In this document: piece by piece, positions 1 to 9,540 of the stretch | Numbering within the stretch: position 1 is the stretch's first letter | Layout: every line of letters starts with the position of its first letter | Origin: Bacilli bacterium | Lineage (GTDB): Bacteria; Bacillota_I; Bacilli_A; RF39; UBA660 | Direction of reading: 5' to 3' | Assembly: GCA_028703035.1 (NCBI GenBank) | Contig: JAQVNR010000002.1 | Location: 1 to 45,082, forward strand | DNA length: 45,082 nt | The notes under the pieces: model-generated | Seen by the model: the letters and a program-made list of their open reading frames with translations, nothing else | What the model was told of the DNA's origin: nothing | Databases searched by the model: none | Position numbers and translations under genes: made by a program

Positions 1-1440
1 ATGTCTCATTAAAAGTTGCAGCTGCAGAAATTAAGCCGTCTCTCTGAGTTGATGCTTCTCCGTCGGCTCCACCATACATATACCCAACATATTTCGCATC
101 ATATATATCGGCATTCCATAGATGTTTATCTGTTAATTTGGTATTATCACCTTCTATATTTACTGTACTGCTATCATTAAACTGAGCCTCGGTTCCATTA
201 TATACTAGTCTTATAGAGCCATCGCCATTGATTCTAACAATCTTCCACTGGAAGCTTCCCCAGATTAAATTATTATTGAGTTCAGTTTTAAGACCTCGAT
301 AGTAATATGACATGCCATAATTATCTGGTGTTGCGTATAAGCCTGTATCATCTATAGTTGCTATTTCAGAAAAATCAGGATCACCTTTTGCTTCAATTAC
401 AGCTGGGCCATCCTCTAGGGCAAGAATTGAATCTCTTAAGGTAGGTGCTGTGATTACTACAAATGGGTCAGTAGCGCTACCACTACCACTTACCTGAGTC
501 GAAGATTTGATTGATACTGCTGGCCGCACACCGAGGGTGCCGGCGACAAGACTACTGCCCAGACCGCCACTCGTATTTACATTAAACATGCTCGCATTGC
601 CACTCGAGTTCACAGAGCGAGGCGAAAGCGTCCACCAAACTTTGCTTGTATATAAATAATTGGTGATATTCTTTTCATTAAAAACTAACCCTGCCATAGC
701 TGCCTCATCGGCCGTTAATAAGCCGACTGGATATTTTAAATCTCCATTACCTTCTTCTATATCAGTATTTGTAGTGAAGCAATCATTTGGCTCGGCACAC
801 ATTAAAGTAGGAGTTTTTTTTGTATTTAGGCGGTAATATGCTGCATAATATGTCTCACTTTTCCCACAACCATCTCCGGTAGGGTCTCCGTCTACCTCAC
901 TTTGAAGCTGGCGGTCATTACAAAATAGATTATTTGCTACATCTGATTCATATGATTTATTTAATATATTTTCACTATACCAAGTTTCTAGTTCTGTTTT
1001 TATATTAGTCAATGTCTCATTTAATACAGCTCCTTCTCTTGTAGTTGAAAGAACTCCATTGTCTCCGCCATACATATATCCGACATATTTTGCATCATCA
1101 TAATTAGTTATGTTCCATGCTTGAGTACCTGTTAACTGAGTAACTGTTTCTATATTATTGACAGTGCCATTTGTATTAAACTGAGCCTCGGTGCCATTAT
1201 AAACAAGTCTTATGGAACCATTACCATTGATTCTGACTATCTTCCACTGAAAGCCTCCCCAGATTATGTTGTTATTTAGTTCATCTTTTAGACCTCGATA
1301 GTAATAAGAGGTACCATAATTATCCTCGGCTGCATATAGTCCACTTGTACCGTTTATTACACTAAAATCTGGCGTACCTTTTGACTCAATTGCTGAAGCT
1401 CCTCCATCTTGGGATAAGATTGAATCTTCTAAGGGAAGAA
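1..1440 (-). repeat. Intragenic tandem duplication, roughly 1.0 kb period (copies about 1-470 and 1012-1440)
   Basis: Long stretches align with an offset of about 1000 nt, e.g. 179-327 versus 1179-1325 and 72-102 versus 1070-1100. Most positions are identical by eye. Window position 1 (atgtctcatt) matches 1013-1022. Confidence 0.7.
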
Positions 1441-2035
1441 TTTCTAGTTCTGTTTTAGTCACACCTATAATTGATAGTCTTACTGATAATTTTTGGTCTT
1501 TTATTGTATCATCTGTCCAAATAGATTCATTATCTCCGTTTAGCCACATTCTAAAGTTATAGACATGTTCTTCTGCACCATTAAATGAACTTGTTAAAAG
1601 AGTATAGTTGTTTTCATATCCAGGTAAAGCTGGTTGAGGTTCTTCTGTTAGTTCACTTAGAAGTAATTTTCGACTAGATGTTAAACCATCTAAGTCTATT
1701 TTTACATATTCTTTATTAGTAATTGTTGATGAGGTTTCTACTGACATAATTATTTGGTATTCTACAAATGTATTACAGTTATTCTTTACAGTAAATCTAT
1801 ATGGTATTTGAGTAGTTCCTTCTTGATCGGTCATTGGATATGAATTAGTTAAATTTAGGGCATCTGTATCACCTTCAATGGATATATCGATGCAGTCTAA
1901 AGTGCTTATCATATTCTCACTTGTTTGAGTCGTACTTTTTCTAAATACTGCATAGGTTGCAATAAATATAACTGCTAGTAAAGCAATTATTCCAATGGTT
2001 AAATAGATTTTATATTTTTTAGCTGTTGTTTTCAT
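2..2035 (-). CDS. Membrane-anchored/secreted repeat protein, partial (3' end of gene lies beyond window start)
   Basis: Absent from the supplied track because it has no stop inside the window. Hand translation from ATG 2035..2033 gives MKTTAKKYKIYLTIGIIALLAVIFIATYAVF (signal anchor). The frame was checked codon by codon for 2-121 and 482-661 and has no stops. Contains two copies of a module with ...YYYRGLK..NNN(I/L)IWG.FQWKIVRING.GSIRLVYNGTEAQFN...AKYVGYMYGG. Paralogous to 26538..27617. Confidence 0.6.
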   Translation of the reverse strand, partial: MKTTAKKYKIYLTIGIIALLAVIFIATYAVFRKSTTQTSENMISTLDCIDISIEGDTDALNLTNSYPMTDQEGTTQIPYRFTVKNNCNTFVEYQIIMSVETSSTITNKEYVKIDLDGLTSSRKLLLSELTEEPQPALPGYENNYTLLTSSFNGAEEHVYNFRMWLNGDNESIWTDDTIKDQKLSVRLSIIGVTKTELEILPLEDSILSQDGGASAIESKGTPDFSVINGTSGLYAAEDNYGTSYYYRGLKDELNNNIIWGGFQWKIVRINGNGSIRLVYNGTEAQFNTNGTVNNIETVTQLTGTQAWNITNYDDAKYVGYMYGGDNGVLSTTREGAVLNETLTNIKTELETWYSENILNKSYESDVANNLFCNDRQLQSEVDGDPTGDGCGKSETYYAAYYRLNTKKTPTLMCAEPNDCFTTNTDIEEGNGDLKYPVGLLTADEAAMAGLVFNEKNITNYLYTSKVWWTLSPRSVNSSGNASMFNVNTSGGLGSSLVAGTLGVRPAVSIKSSTQVSGSGSATDPFVVITAPTLRDSILALEDGPAVIEAKGDPDFSEIATIDDTGLYATPDNYGMSYYYRGLKTELNNNLIWGSFQWKIVRINGDGSIRLVYNGTEAQFNDSSTVNIEGDNTKLTDKHLWNADIYDAKYVGYMYGGADGEASTQRDGLISAAATFNET

Positions 2036-2091
2036 ATATATATCTTCTACTTTCTTAAATAAAGTTTAACATAAAAATAGATTGAATTCAA

Positions 2092-2442
2092 TCAATCTTT
2101 TGGTTTTGTAAAAATGCTGGCAACAAATGCAAATACTACGGCGGAAACGACTCCTGCTGATACTGCGGCAAGCATTCCTGTAAAAAGTCCAAGGGTACCA
2201 TTTTCTAAATAGCCAGTATAGGTTCCGTTTAGAAGTAAATTACCAAATGAAACAATGGGAATATTTGCCCCTGCTCCAACTATGGATACTATTTTATCGT
2301 ATATATTAAATATTCCCAGGAATGCTCCTAGTACAACAAATATTGTTGTAACGTGTCCGGGAGTAAGTTTGGTATTGTCTAATATAATTTGACCGATTAA
2401 ACAAATAGTACCACAAAATAGAAAAGAATAAACTAAGGTCAT
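2092..2442 (-). CDS. spoVAE: Stage V sporulation protein AE (SpoVAEB-type small membrane protein)
   Basis: 116 aa multi-TM protein. Overlaps spoVAD by 4 nt. Position matches the conserved spoVAC-AD-AE order directly downstream of sigF. Confidence 0.7.
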   Translation of the reverse strand: MTLVYSFLFCGTICLIGQIILDNTKLTPGHVTTIFVVLGAFLGIFNIYDKIVSIVGAGANIPIVSFGNLLLNGTYTGYLENGTLGLFTGMLAAVSAGVVSAVVFAFVASIFTKPKD

Positions 2443-3386
2443 TTTTCCACCTCCAAATATATTGCGTGGGTAACTGTTGGGATTGTATTTTTTTGATTTA
2501 CTAGTACTGGGCTGTGTAAAGAACCTGTTGCTAAATATAATATTTTTTTATATTTTTTTTGATGAATATATTTTGTTACTAGCATTAGGGCTTGAGCAGC
2601 GGTTCCGCTTGCTCCGGCATATTCAAAATTTTTATAAAATTCTGCTCCAGCATCAAAATGGTTTTTTATGCTTAGGTTATATTCTTGTTTTAATGTTTCT
2701 TTAAAAATATTTTCTCCTACTTTACCAAGGTCTCCAGTTAAAATTAAATCATAATCTTTAATAGTTGTGTTTGTAATAGTTAAATGTTCGATTAAAGTTT
2801 TAACAGCTCCGAGTGCCATAACAGCTCCCATATTATGAGCATCTTTGATATAAGAATCTATTGTTTTACCTAAGGTAGCGCTTACTATTTTTATTTTTGA
2901 TGGGGTTTTTGAAAGTTTTATTCCGACAGCTGCGGTTGCTGTTGATGAGCTTCTTGCAGGTTTTGGAGCTCCATATTCAACGGGAAATCTAAATTGTTTT
3001 TCAGCAGCTAAGTTATGAGAACTAGTAATAAATATTCCTTCTTTAATAAGTTTACTTTGGATAAAAGTAGATAATGTAATAAGTGATGATGCTGAGGTTG
3101 CGCATGCTGAGTACATTCCCATTGAAGGAATATTTATATTCATAGTTGAAAGTGCAAAAGCTGTTAGTTGATTAGTTAAATCTCCGCCTACTATTAGTTC
3201 TGTTTTATTATCTATTAATTTATTTAAAATAGTCTTTTGCATTTTAGCTTCAGCTTTCTCCATAGTTTTTTCATTATAATAATCATCTTCTAAATAAAGA
3301 TCACAATTTTTAACTCCAGATTCTTTTTCAAAGGGACCAGCTACTACATAATAATCAGTTAGATAAACATCTTTAAAGTTAAACAT
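2439..3386 (-). CDS. spoVAD: Stage V sporulation protein AD (thiolase-fold)
   Basis: 315 aa. Sits between the AC-like and AE-like genes with overlapping stop/start codons. N-terminus ...VVAGPFEKES... and overall length are typical of SpoVAD as I recall it. Confidence 0.7.
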   Translation of the reverse strand: MFNFKDVYLTDYYVVAGPFEKESGVKNCDLYLEDDYYNEKTMEKAEAKMQKTILNKLIDNKTELIVGGDLTNQLTAFALSTMNINIPSMGMYSACATSASSLITLSTFIQSKLIKEGIFITSSHNLAAEKQFRFPVEYGAPKPARSSSTATAAVGIKLSKTPSKIKIVSATLGKTIDSYIKDAHNMGAVMALGAVKTLIEHLTITNTTIKDYDLILTGDLGKVGENIFKETLKQEYNLSIKNHFDAGAEFYKNFEYAGASGTAAQALMLVTKYIHQKKYKKILYLATGSLHSPVLVNQKNTIPTVTHAIYLEVEK

Positions 3387-3816
3387 AAATTATCACCTTA
3401 ATAATGGCAAAGAAAAATGCTGATACTATTCCATAAAGTAAAATACAACCAGCTAGTTTAAAAAACGATGCACCAACTCCAGTAATGAGCCCATCTGTTT
3501 TATAGTCAAGAGCACTACTGGTAATAGAGTGAGCAAACCCAGTAATAGGTACGATTAATCCACATTTATATTTCATTACTAATTTATCAAAAAAACTTAA
3601 AGCAGTAAAAATACTAGCCATTAAAATATAAATTATTAAAACCCAAGTAGTTGCATCTTTTACTGTTAAATGTAAATTATAAACAAGTAGTAGTTTTATG
3701 CCTTCGGCAATAAATCCTAATACTCCTCCCATAAGAAATGCCAGAGCAGAATTTTCTAATTTCTTTTCTTTTGGAGTTAAGTCTTTGACAATTTTTAAAT
3801 ATTTATTTTTATTCAA
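3379..3816 (-). CDS. spoVAC: Stage V sporulation protein AC
   Basis: 145 aa, four predicted TM helices. First gene of the AC-AD-AE trio immediately after sigF. Confidence 0.7.
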   Translation of the reverse strand: MNKNKYLKIVKDLTPKEKKLENSALAFLMGGVLGFIAEGIKLLLVYNLHLTVKDATTWVLIIYILMASIFTALSFFDKLVMKYKCGLIVPITGFAHSITSSALDYKTDGLITGVGASFFKLAGCILLYGIVSAFFFAIIKVIIYV

Positions 3817-3848
3817 ATTAAAATCACCTAATTATATTATGGGTGATT

Positions 3849-4493
3849 TTATAAAGCAATATACTCTTTTATCTTTTTTTTACTTTTAGTTTCAAGTCTT
3901 GAGACTTTAACTTGACTAATACCTAAAACAGTTGCTGTTTCTGTTTGTGATAAATCCTGGAAATAACGATAATCAATTACTGATTGTTCTAGAGGCTCTA
4001 AAGTTTCTATTGAGTCATTTACTAATATTTTATCATCGACATTATCTTCTACTTTAATAAAGTCTATTAATTCAGATTCTCCTAGACTTTCGAATTCATA
4101 GTCAAGGCTTAACATTGATTCAGTTAATAGTAAAACATCAGTTGCTATAGTCTCATCTATTTCAGCATATAAGCATATTTCAGTTAGAGTCGGTTCTTTT
4201 TTTAGTTTTTGAATTAATTCTTCTTTAGCAAGATTAATATTTTTTAATATTTTTAAATAATATTTATTTAATTTAATATCTCGACTTTTATTAGTAAGTT
4301 CATACATTTCCCCAAATATATATTTATAGGAAAAACTCATAAAGTTTACCCCAAGTGTTTCATCAAATTTTCTACTTGCTTTTATTAAACCAATACATCC
4401 AGCTTGAAATAAATCTGATATTTCAACATTATAAAACTTTTTAGCTATTTTATATATATAATTTTCATATTGTAATATTAACTTTTCTTCCAT
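3849..4493 (-). CDS. sigF: Sporulation sigma factor, SigF-like (sigma-70 family, short)
   Basis: Regions 2-4 are recognisable (LFQAGCIGLIKA...; C-terminal HTH TETATVLGISQVKVSRLE). Synteny spoIIAA - sigma - spoVA matches B. subtilis. Only 214 aa. Confidence 0.65.
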   Translation of the reverse strand: MEEKLILQYENYIYKIAKKFYNVEISDLFQAGCIGLIKASRKFDETLGVNFMSFSYKYIFGEMYELTNKSRDIKLNKYYLKILKNINLAKEELIQKLKKEPTLTEICLYAEIDETIATDVLLLTESMLSLDYEFESLGESELIDFIKVEDNVDDKILVNDSIETLEPLEQSVIDYRYFQDLSQTETATVLGISQVKVSRLETKSKKKIKEYIAL

Positions 4494-4494
4494 G

Positions 4495-4812
4495 TTACAT
4501 ATTTATTAGCGATAGAGCTGCTAGCTCATTTTCCACTATTTTAAATTTATTATTTAAAATAAGTTTTGTATTACAAATAAGACCTTCACCGTGATTTAGT
4601 CTAGCAGCTTCTATGCCTCTTTCTAATGATTCTTTTCCATAATTATCTATTACTGTAAGTGCTCCTAAGTTGTAAACAATATATTTAATACCATGTTTAA
4701 TAATAACTGGTATTAAGTATTCATTTAAACTTTTAACTGTCTCTTTAGTTAGATTACCTTTTAATCTTATAAAAAGTACTCCTTTTCTAAATTCCATATT
4801 TATTTTTAACAT
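4495..4812 (-). CDS. spoIIAA: STAS-domain anti-sigma-factor antagonist, SpoIIAA-like
   Basis: Gapless alignment from memory to B. subtilis SpoIIAA (VLCIRLTGELD...IVLNLEDLSFMDSSGLG versus VLFIRLKGNLT...IVYNLGALTVIDNYGKE). Its stop lies 1 nt before the sigF ATG. Confidence 0.65.
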   Translation of the reverse strand: MLKINMEFRKGVLFIRLKGNLTKETVKSLNEYLIPVIIKHGIKYIVYNLGALTVIDNYGKESLERGIEAARLNHGEGLICNTKLILNNKFKIVENELAALSLINM

Positions 4813-4918
4813 TATTTTCCGCCTTTAAAGTAATATAGGGTAATAGCCCTACTTTTTAAACAGTTTCGACAAAACTAGTTTTTATTTGTTTTTAGTATTT
4901 GTAAAGTAGTTGTAAAGT

Positions 4919-4947
4919 TTGACAAAATTAAAAACTTATACTATAAT
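4919..4947 (+). promoter_or_regulatory. Consensus sigma-A promoter upstream of rnj
   Basis: TTGACA (4919-4924), 17-nt spacer, TATAAT (4942-4947). The rnj ATG is about 120 nt downstream, preceded by AAGGAGG. Confidence 0.6.
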
Positions 4948-5066
4948 ACAAATACCAAGAAAACTTTTAATTTTTTATTTTGAAGAGAAATACTATTTAT
5001 TTATGAATTATTTTGGGTCAAAATATATTGTTTTTAGTTTAAAAAAGAAATTTTCAAGGAGGAAAC

Positions 5067-6734
5067 ATGAAAGAAAAAGAAAAAGTGACGAATGTTATTG
5101 CGCTTGGCGGCTTAGGAGAAGTCGGCAAAAACATGTATGTTATTGCTCATGATGATGAAATCATCATTCTTGATGCTGGAGTATTATTTCCAGAATCAGA
5201 ATTACTAGGAATAGATTATGTTATTCAAGATATAGCTTATCTAAAAAATAATCAAGAAAAGATTAAGGCTTTAATTATTACTCACGGTCATGAAGATCAT
5301 ATTGGTGGTATTTCGTTTTTAGTTCAAAATTTAAATATTCCAATTATTTACTCACCAGGGATTAGTACTGATCTTATTAAAAATAAACTTGCTGATCGAG
5401 GAGTTGGTTATAAAAACATTGAAACTTATAATAAAAATACGGTGATTAAGTTTAAACACTTTACAATTGATTTTGTTAATACTACTCATTCAATACCTGA
5501 TAGTTATGGAATCGTTATTAGAACACCTAATGGAATTATATTTAATACTGGTGATTTTAAGTTTGATTTAACTCCAATTGGACCAATAGCCGACATTCAT
5601 AAGATGGCGCAGCTTGGTAAAGAGGGAGTAAAATTATTATTATCTGACAGTACTAATGCTTTAAATCCAGGTTCATCACAAAGTGAGAGCTCGGTTGATG
5701 AGGCACTTGGTGATGTTTTTGCCAAAAGTACCTCAAGAATAATTCTTGCTACTTTTGCATCTAATATTTACCGAATTAAACATATTATTGAAACGTGTCG
5801 GAAGAATAACCGCAAGATTGTTACATTTGGTAGAAGTATGGAAACAGCTAAAGAAATCGCTATTAAAAATAATTTAATTACTGATAAGACTATTTTTATT
5901 GAAGCGGGTGAAGCCAAAAGCTTAAAGAAACATGAAATATGTATTTTGTGTACTGGTTCTCAAGGAGAACCACTTGCTGCTTTATCAAGAATTGCTAATG
6001 GGACTCATAGGCAAATTGAACTAATGACTGATGATATAGTTGTCTTTTCATCAAGTCCAATACCAGGCAACAGAGTTAGTATCAACCGGATAATTAATAA
6101 ATTATATTTAAAAGGTGTTAGAGTTTATACTAATACTAAATTATCTGACATTCATACATCAGGGCATGCCAATCAAGAAGAATTAAAATGGATGTTAAGG
6201 CTTATTAATCCAGAGTATTTTATGCCTGTTCATGGAGAATACCGCATGCTTAAAGCTCATGGTGATTTAGCAGAAGACTGTGGCATTCCTAAAGAAAATA
6301 TATTTATTTGTGCAAACGGAGATAACCTTGAACTAACAAAAGATGGTGTAAGACAAGGTAAAAAAGTTCAAGCTGGAGATGTTTATGTTGATGGATCTCG
6401 AATTGGTGATATTGGTTCAGTTGTTATTAAAGATCGAAAACTAATGAGCCAAGATGGCATCTTAGTGGCAATTATCAATATTAATCCTCGCACGCGAGAA
6501 TTATTAATTAGACCTAATATTACAACAAGAGGATTTGTTTTAATTAATGAAAATATTCCGCTTATTGCTAAAATAGAAAAAAAAGTTAGCGAAATAATAA
6601 CTAACTCTATTAAAACTTCTTATAACTATTTAGATTTAAAAAATCAAATTATTTTAGAACTTAATCCTTTTATTAACAATTTAACTGGAAGAAGACCAAT
6701 TATTATGCCAGTTATTATGGAAGTGAAAATTTAA
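5067..6734 (+). CDS. rnj: Ribonuclease J (metallo-beta-lactamase/beta-CASP)
   Basis: 555 aa. Has the HGHEDHIGG motif and the N-terminus ...VIALGGLGEVGKNMYV typical of RNase J1/J2. Length is typical. Confidence 0.85.
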   Translation: MKEKEKVTNVIALGGLGEVGKNMYVIAHDDEIIILDAGVLFPESELLGIDYVIQDIAYLKNNQEKIKALIITHGHEDHIGGISFLVQNLNIPIIYSPGISTDLIKNKLADRGVGYKNIETYNKNTVIKFKHFTIDFVNTTHSIPDSYGIVIRTPNGIIFNTGDFKFDLTPIGPIADIHKMAQLGKEGVKLLLSDSTNALNPGSSQSESSVDEALGDVFAKSTSRIILATFASNIYRIKHIIETCRKNNRKIVTFGRSMETAKEIAIKNNLITDKTIFIEAGEAKSLKKHEICILCTGSQGEPLAALSRIANGTHRQIELMTDDIVVFSSSPIPGNRVSINRIINKLYLKGVRVYTNTKLSDIHTSGHANQEELKWMLRLINPEYFMPVHGEYRMLKAHGDLAEDCGIPKENIFICANGDNLELTKDGVRQGKKVQAGDVYVDGSRIGDIGSVVIKDRKLMSQDGILVAIININPRTRELLIRPNITTRGFVLINENIPLIAKIEKKVSEIITNSIKTSYNYLDLKNQIILELNPFINNLTGRRPIIMPVIMEVKI

Positions 6735-7504
6735 CCTAAAGAAATATCAAGAATCATCATAATAATAAATCCAATAATTAAAAGTAAGGCCATTTGGTCT
6801 TTTTTTTCGTTTGTCATGCTTTCAGGTATTAATTCAACAACTATTACATATAACATCGCACCAGCTGCAAAAGCAAGCAAAAATGGTAATATAAACTGAA
6901 ATTTAATTGCTAAAAATAAACCCAGAAGGGCTCCTATAGGTTCAACAGCTGCTGTTGCTGCCCCAATTAAAAATGACTTTAGTTTTGAATATCCTTTTCG
7001 ATAAAGAGGGAAACTAATAGCGCACCCTTCTGGGAAATTTTGAATACCAATTCCAAGTGCAAGAGATAATGCTCCCATAACTGTTGCTCCTGGTACTCCA
7101 TATATTGCAGAACCAAAAGCTACCCCAATTGCCATTCCTTCTGGAAAATTATGCATCGTTATTGATAAAATCAACATATTCATGCGGTCGTTTTTCTTAG
7201 TTCTCTGATAAAATTTATCTCCTAAATATAATAATAGTCCGCCACTAAATATTCCTAAACCACATAAAAGCCATGAATTTAAGTGAATATTTTCCGAGTA
7301 TGATAAAGCCGGATTAATAAGGGAAAACATAGTTGATGCTAGCATTATACCTGCTGATATAGAAAGTAATTTATCCATTTTATTTTTATCAATACTTTTA
7401 AATAAGAATACCATCGCCGATCCAATAGCAGTTATAAAAAACGTTAAAAAGCTGGCTAATAATGTTTGAATAACTGGGTGTAAATTATAAAAAAAATCAA
7501 TCAT
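6731..7504 (-). CDS. zupT: ZIP-family divalent metal (zinc) transporter
   Basis: 257 aa polytopic protein with HNFPEGMAIG and QNFPEG motifs characteristic of ZIP/ZupT. Confidence 0.7.
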   Translation of the reverse strand: MIDFFYNLHPVIQTLLASFLTFFITAIGSAMVFLFKSIDKNKMDKLLSISAGIMLASTMFSLINPALSYSENIHLNSWLLCGLGIFSGGLLLYLGDKFYQRTKKNDRMNMLILSITMHNFPEGMAIGVAFGSAIYGVPGATVMGALSLALGIGIQNFPEGCAISFPLYRKGYSKLKSFLIGAATAAVEPIGALLGLFLAIKFQFILPFLLAFAAGAMLYVIVVELIPESMTNEKKDQMALLLIIGFIIMMILDISLG

Positions 7505-7769
7505 AAACTTCTCCTCTAGGATATGTTATGATTGATTTAAAAAAATGTTTTATTCAATCTTTATATTCTTCTAATTCATTTGATTTTCATAATAATCAAA
7601 TTGATTGCTTTGATACCTTTGATGTAAATTGTTTTTTCACTAGCAGTGATTATCAATGATTTTTATCTCGATATGATCATATAATGCTTTTAAATAATAG
7701 TGCTTTCCATTATCCGGCTGGTCATAGCTATCACATTAAATTTGGTATAAAAACATTTGTATTCTGCAT

Positions 7770-8120
7770 TTAAAAGCCTAATATTGATGTCGTATCAAAA
7801 AACATATTTGGAGGTAAACAAACATTATATTTTTCACCAAATGAATTTATAAATTCATCAGTTAACTTTTTATTAATCTCATATTCTTTGGCAATCTCTT
7901 CTTTTATTTTTTCTCGCTTTGCATAAGCTTCTTTTGCATCTACATAAATGATTCCATAAGATATATCATATGAAAAATATATTTCATATAAATCTTCTTT
8001 AGAAGAAAATAAGCTTACTTCTACTTGTTCATCTAACACTTCACTAATCTCTAAATAAGTATTCATATAATGTCTTGCTTCTTCTGAAAAATTTTCAGTC
8101 ACATTTACCCATTTATACAT
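7770..8120 (-). CDS. Hypothetical acidic cytoplasmic protein
   Basis: 116 aa ORF lying 22 nt downstream of the DUF4143 ATPase gene. No motif recognised. Confidence 0.4.
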   Translation of the reverse strand: MYKWVNVTENFSEEARHYMNTYLEISEVLDEQVEVSLFSSKEDLYEIYFSYDISYGIIYVDAKEAYAKREKIKEEIAKEYEINKKLTDEFINSFGEKYNVCLPPNMFFDTTSILGF

Positions 8121-8142
8121 ATTTCTTCATCTCTCATTCTAT

Positions 8143-9420
8143 TTAATCTTTTAAACAGCCAATAGGCACAACAAAGATTCCATCTTCTGTTGTATAAGCT
8201 GTGTCTCCACCAGTAATAACCATATAAAAATCAGGCTCTTTAACTAGGATTTTCTCTTTGTTTTTTTCTTCTATTAATCTCCGTACTTCCCTAAGCTTAT
8301 CTAATCCTTGGTCTATTTGACTGCTTCCTAGTTTAGTTTGAATTAAACCAAATTTACCATTATTAAAGTTAATAACATGATCGCATTCTAAACCAAATCT
8401 ATCTCTATAATGTCTTACATGACCGCCGATTTTATTAGTGTAAACACTTAAGTCACGGTTAACTAAATTTTCAAAAAGGAAACCGAATGTATTTGGATCC
8501 AGCGCTAGCTCCTTAGGAGATATTTCAAGAGTAGCGGTTGCTAGAGACGGATCTACAAAACTTTTTTTAGATGAAGTTCTAATGCTTGTTTTTGACCTTA
8601 AATTTGGATTCCAAGCTTCTATTTCTTCTATTACATATAATCTTTTTAAAGTATTTATATAATCTAAAACTGTTTGTTTGCTTACTTCACCATAACTTTT
8701 AGATACATCTTCTAATATAGCTTGATTTGATTCTATCGTAGATATGTTTCTTGCATAAGATTTTAAGATATGACGAGCTAGAATTGGATTTCTTGATACA
8801 CCATCTATGTTTGATATATCTGACTCTAACAGTACCTTAACATAATCTTTTGCAATCTCTAATGCTACTTCTTTTGACTTAGAAATAGCCCCAGGCCAAC
8901 CACCCCGACAAGTTAAATATGCTAGTTCTTGATAATCTATATTAGATTTTTGACCTCTAACTCTAATACTGCCTTGGGCTATATCTTTAAGAGAGATACT
9001 CCCATTTGAATCTCCTGATTCAAATAAAGTCATCGGTTTCATATCAACAAATGAAAATCTGCCGATGCCGGTATGAAGTGTTTTATCTTTTAGTGGTGTA
9101 GCGGATCCTGTTAAAATATATAACCCAACATCATTTTTTTCATCAATATAATGTCTAACTGCATTCCATATTTTAGGAAGCATTTGCCATTCATCAATTA
9201 AACGAGGTTTATCTCCATCCAATAATAAAGAAATATCATTTTCAGCTATTTGTTTGTTTTTTTCAAGTGTCTCAAAATTTTGTAAATCAAGAACACTTTT
9301 AGATACCTGTTTAGCGCTTGTTGTTTTACCACACCATTTAGGCCCTCTAATTACTACTCCGCCAGCTACTTTTAGTTTTAATTCAATTATTTCATCGATT
9401 ATCCTTTTTTTATATTTCAT
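8143..9420 (-). CDS. AAA-family ATPase with DUF4143-type C-terminal region
   Basis: Walker A GPKWCGKTT and Walker B-like LIDEWQ. Overall architecture matches the AAA_14/DUF4143 proteins. A paralog, broken by a stop codon, is at 37215..38435. Confidence 0.6.
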   Translation of the reverse strand: MKYKKRIIDEIIELKLKVAGGVVIRGPKWCGKTTSAKQVSKSVLDLQNFETLEKNKQIAENDISLLLDGDKPRLIDEWQMLPKIWNAVRHYIDEKNDVGLYILTGSATPLKDKTLHTGIGRFSFVDMKPMTLFESGDSNGSISLKDIAQGSIRVRGQKSNIDYQELAYLTCRGGWPGAISKSKEVALEIAKDYVKVLLESDISNIDGVSRNPILARHILKSYARNISTIESNQAILEDVSKSYGEVSKQTVLDYINTLKRLYVIEEIEAWNPNLRSKTSIRTSSKKSFVDPSLATATLEISPKELALDPNTFGFLFENLVNRDLSVYTNKIGGHVRHYRDRFGLECDHVINFNNGKFGLIQTKLGSSQIDQGLDKLREVRRLIEEKNKEKILVKEPDFYMVITGGDTAYTTEDGIFVVPIGCLKD

Positions 9421-9540
9421 AATAACCTGCCTTACATTATAATTATAATATATTTTAGATAGTTTATCAACCTTATTATATGTTTTTGAAGTGTTTTGTT
9501 ATACCTTTTTGGAGTGTTTCATTGTGTGTTTTTGGAGTAA

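Noticed and set aside
4919-5152. 77-aa plus-strand ORF (TTG start)
   Set aside because: It begins inside the -35 box of the rnj promoter, runs through the leader and overlaps the rnj start in another frame. Its composition is lysine/arginine junk.
7579-7600. Inverted repeat TTTGATT-n8-AATCAAA upstream of the ZIP transporter as a Zur operator
   Set aside because: It does not match the Firmicute Zur box (7-1-7 AAATCGTAAT-type) that I recall. AT-rich palindromes of this size are expected by chance here.
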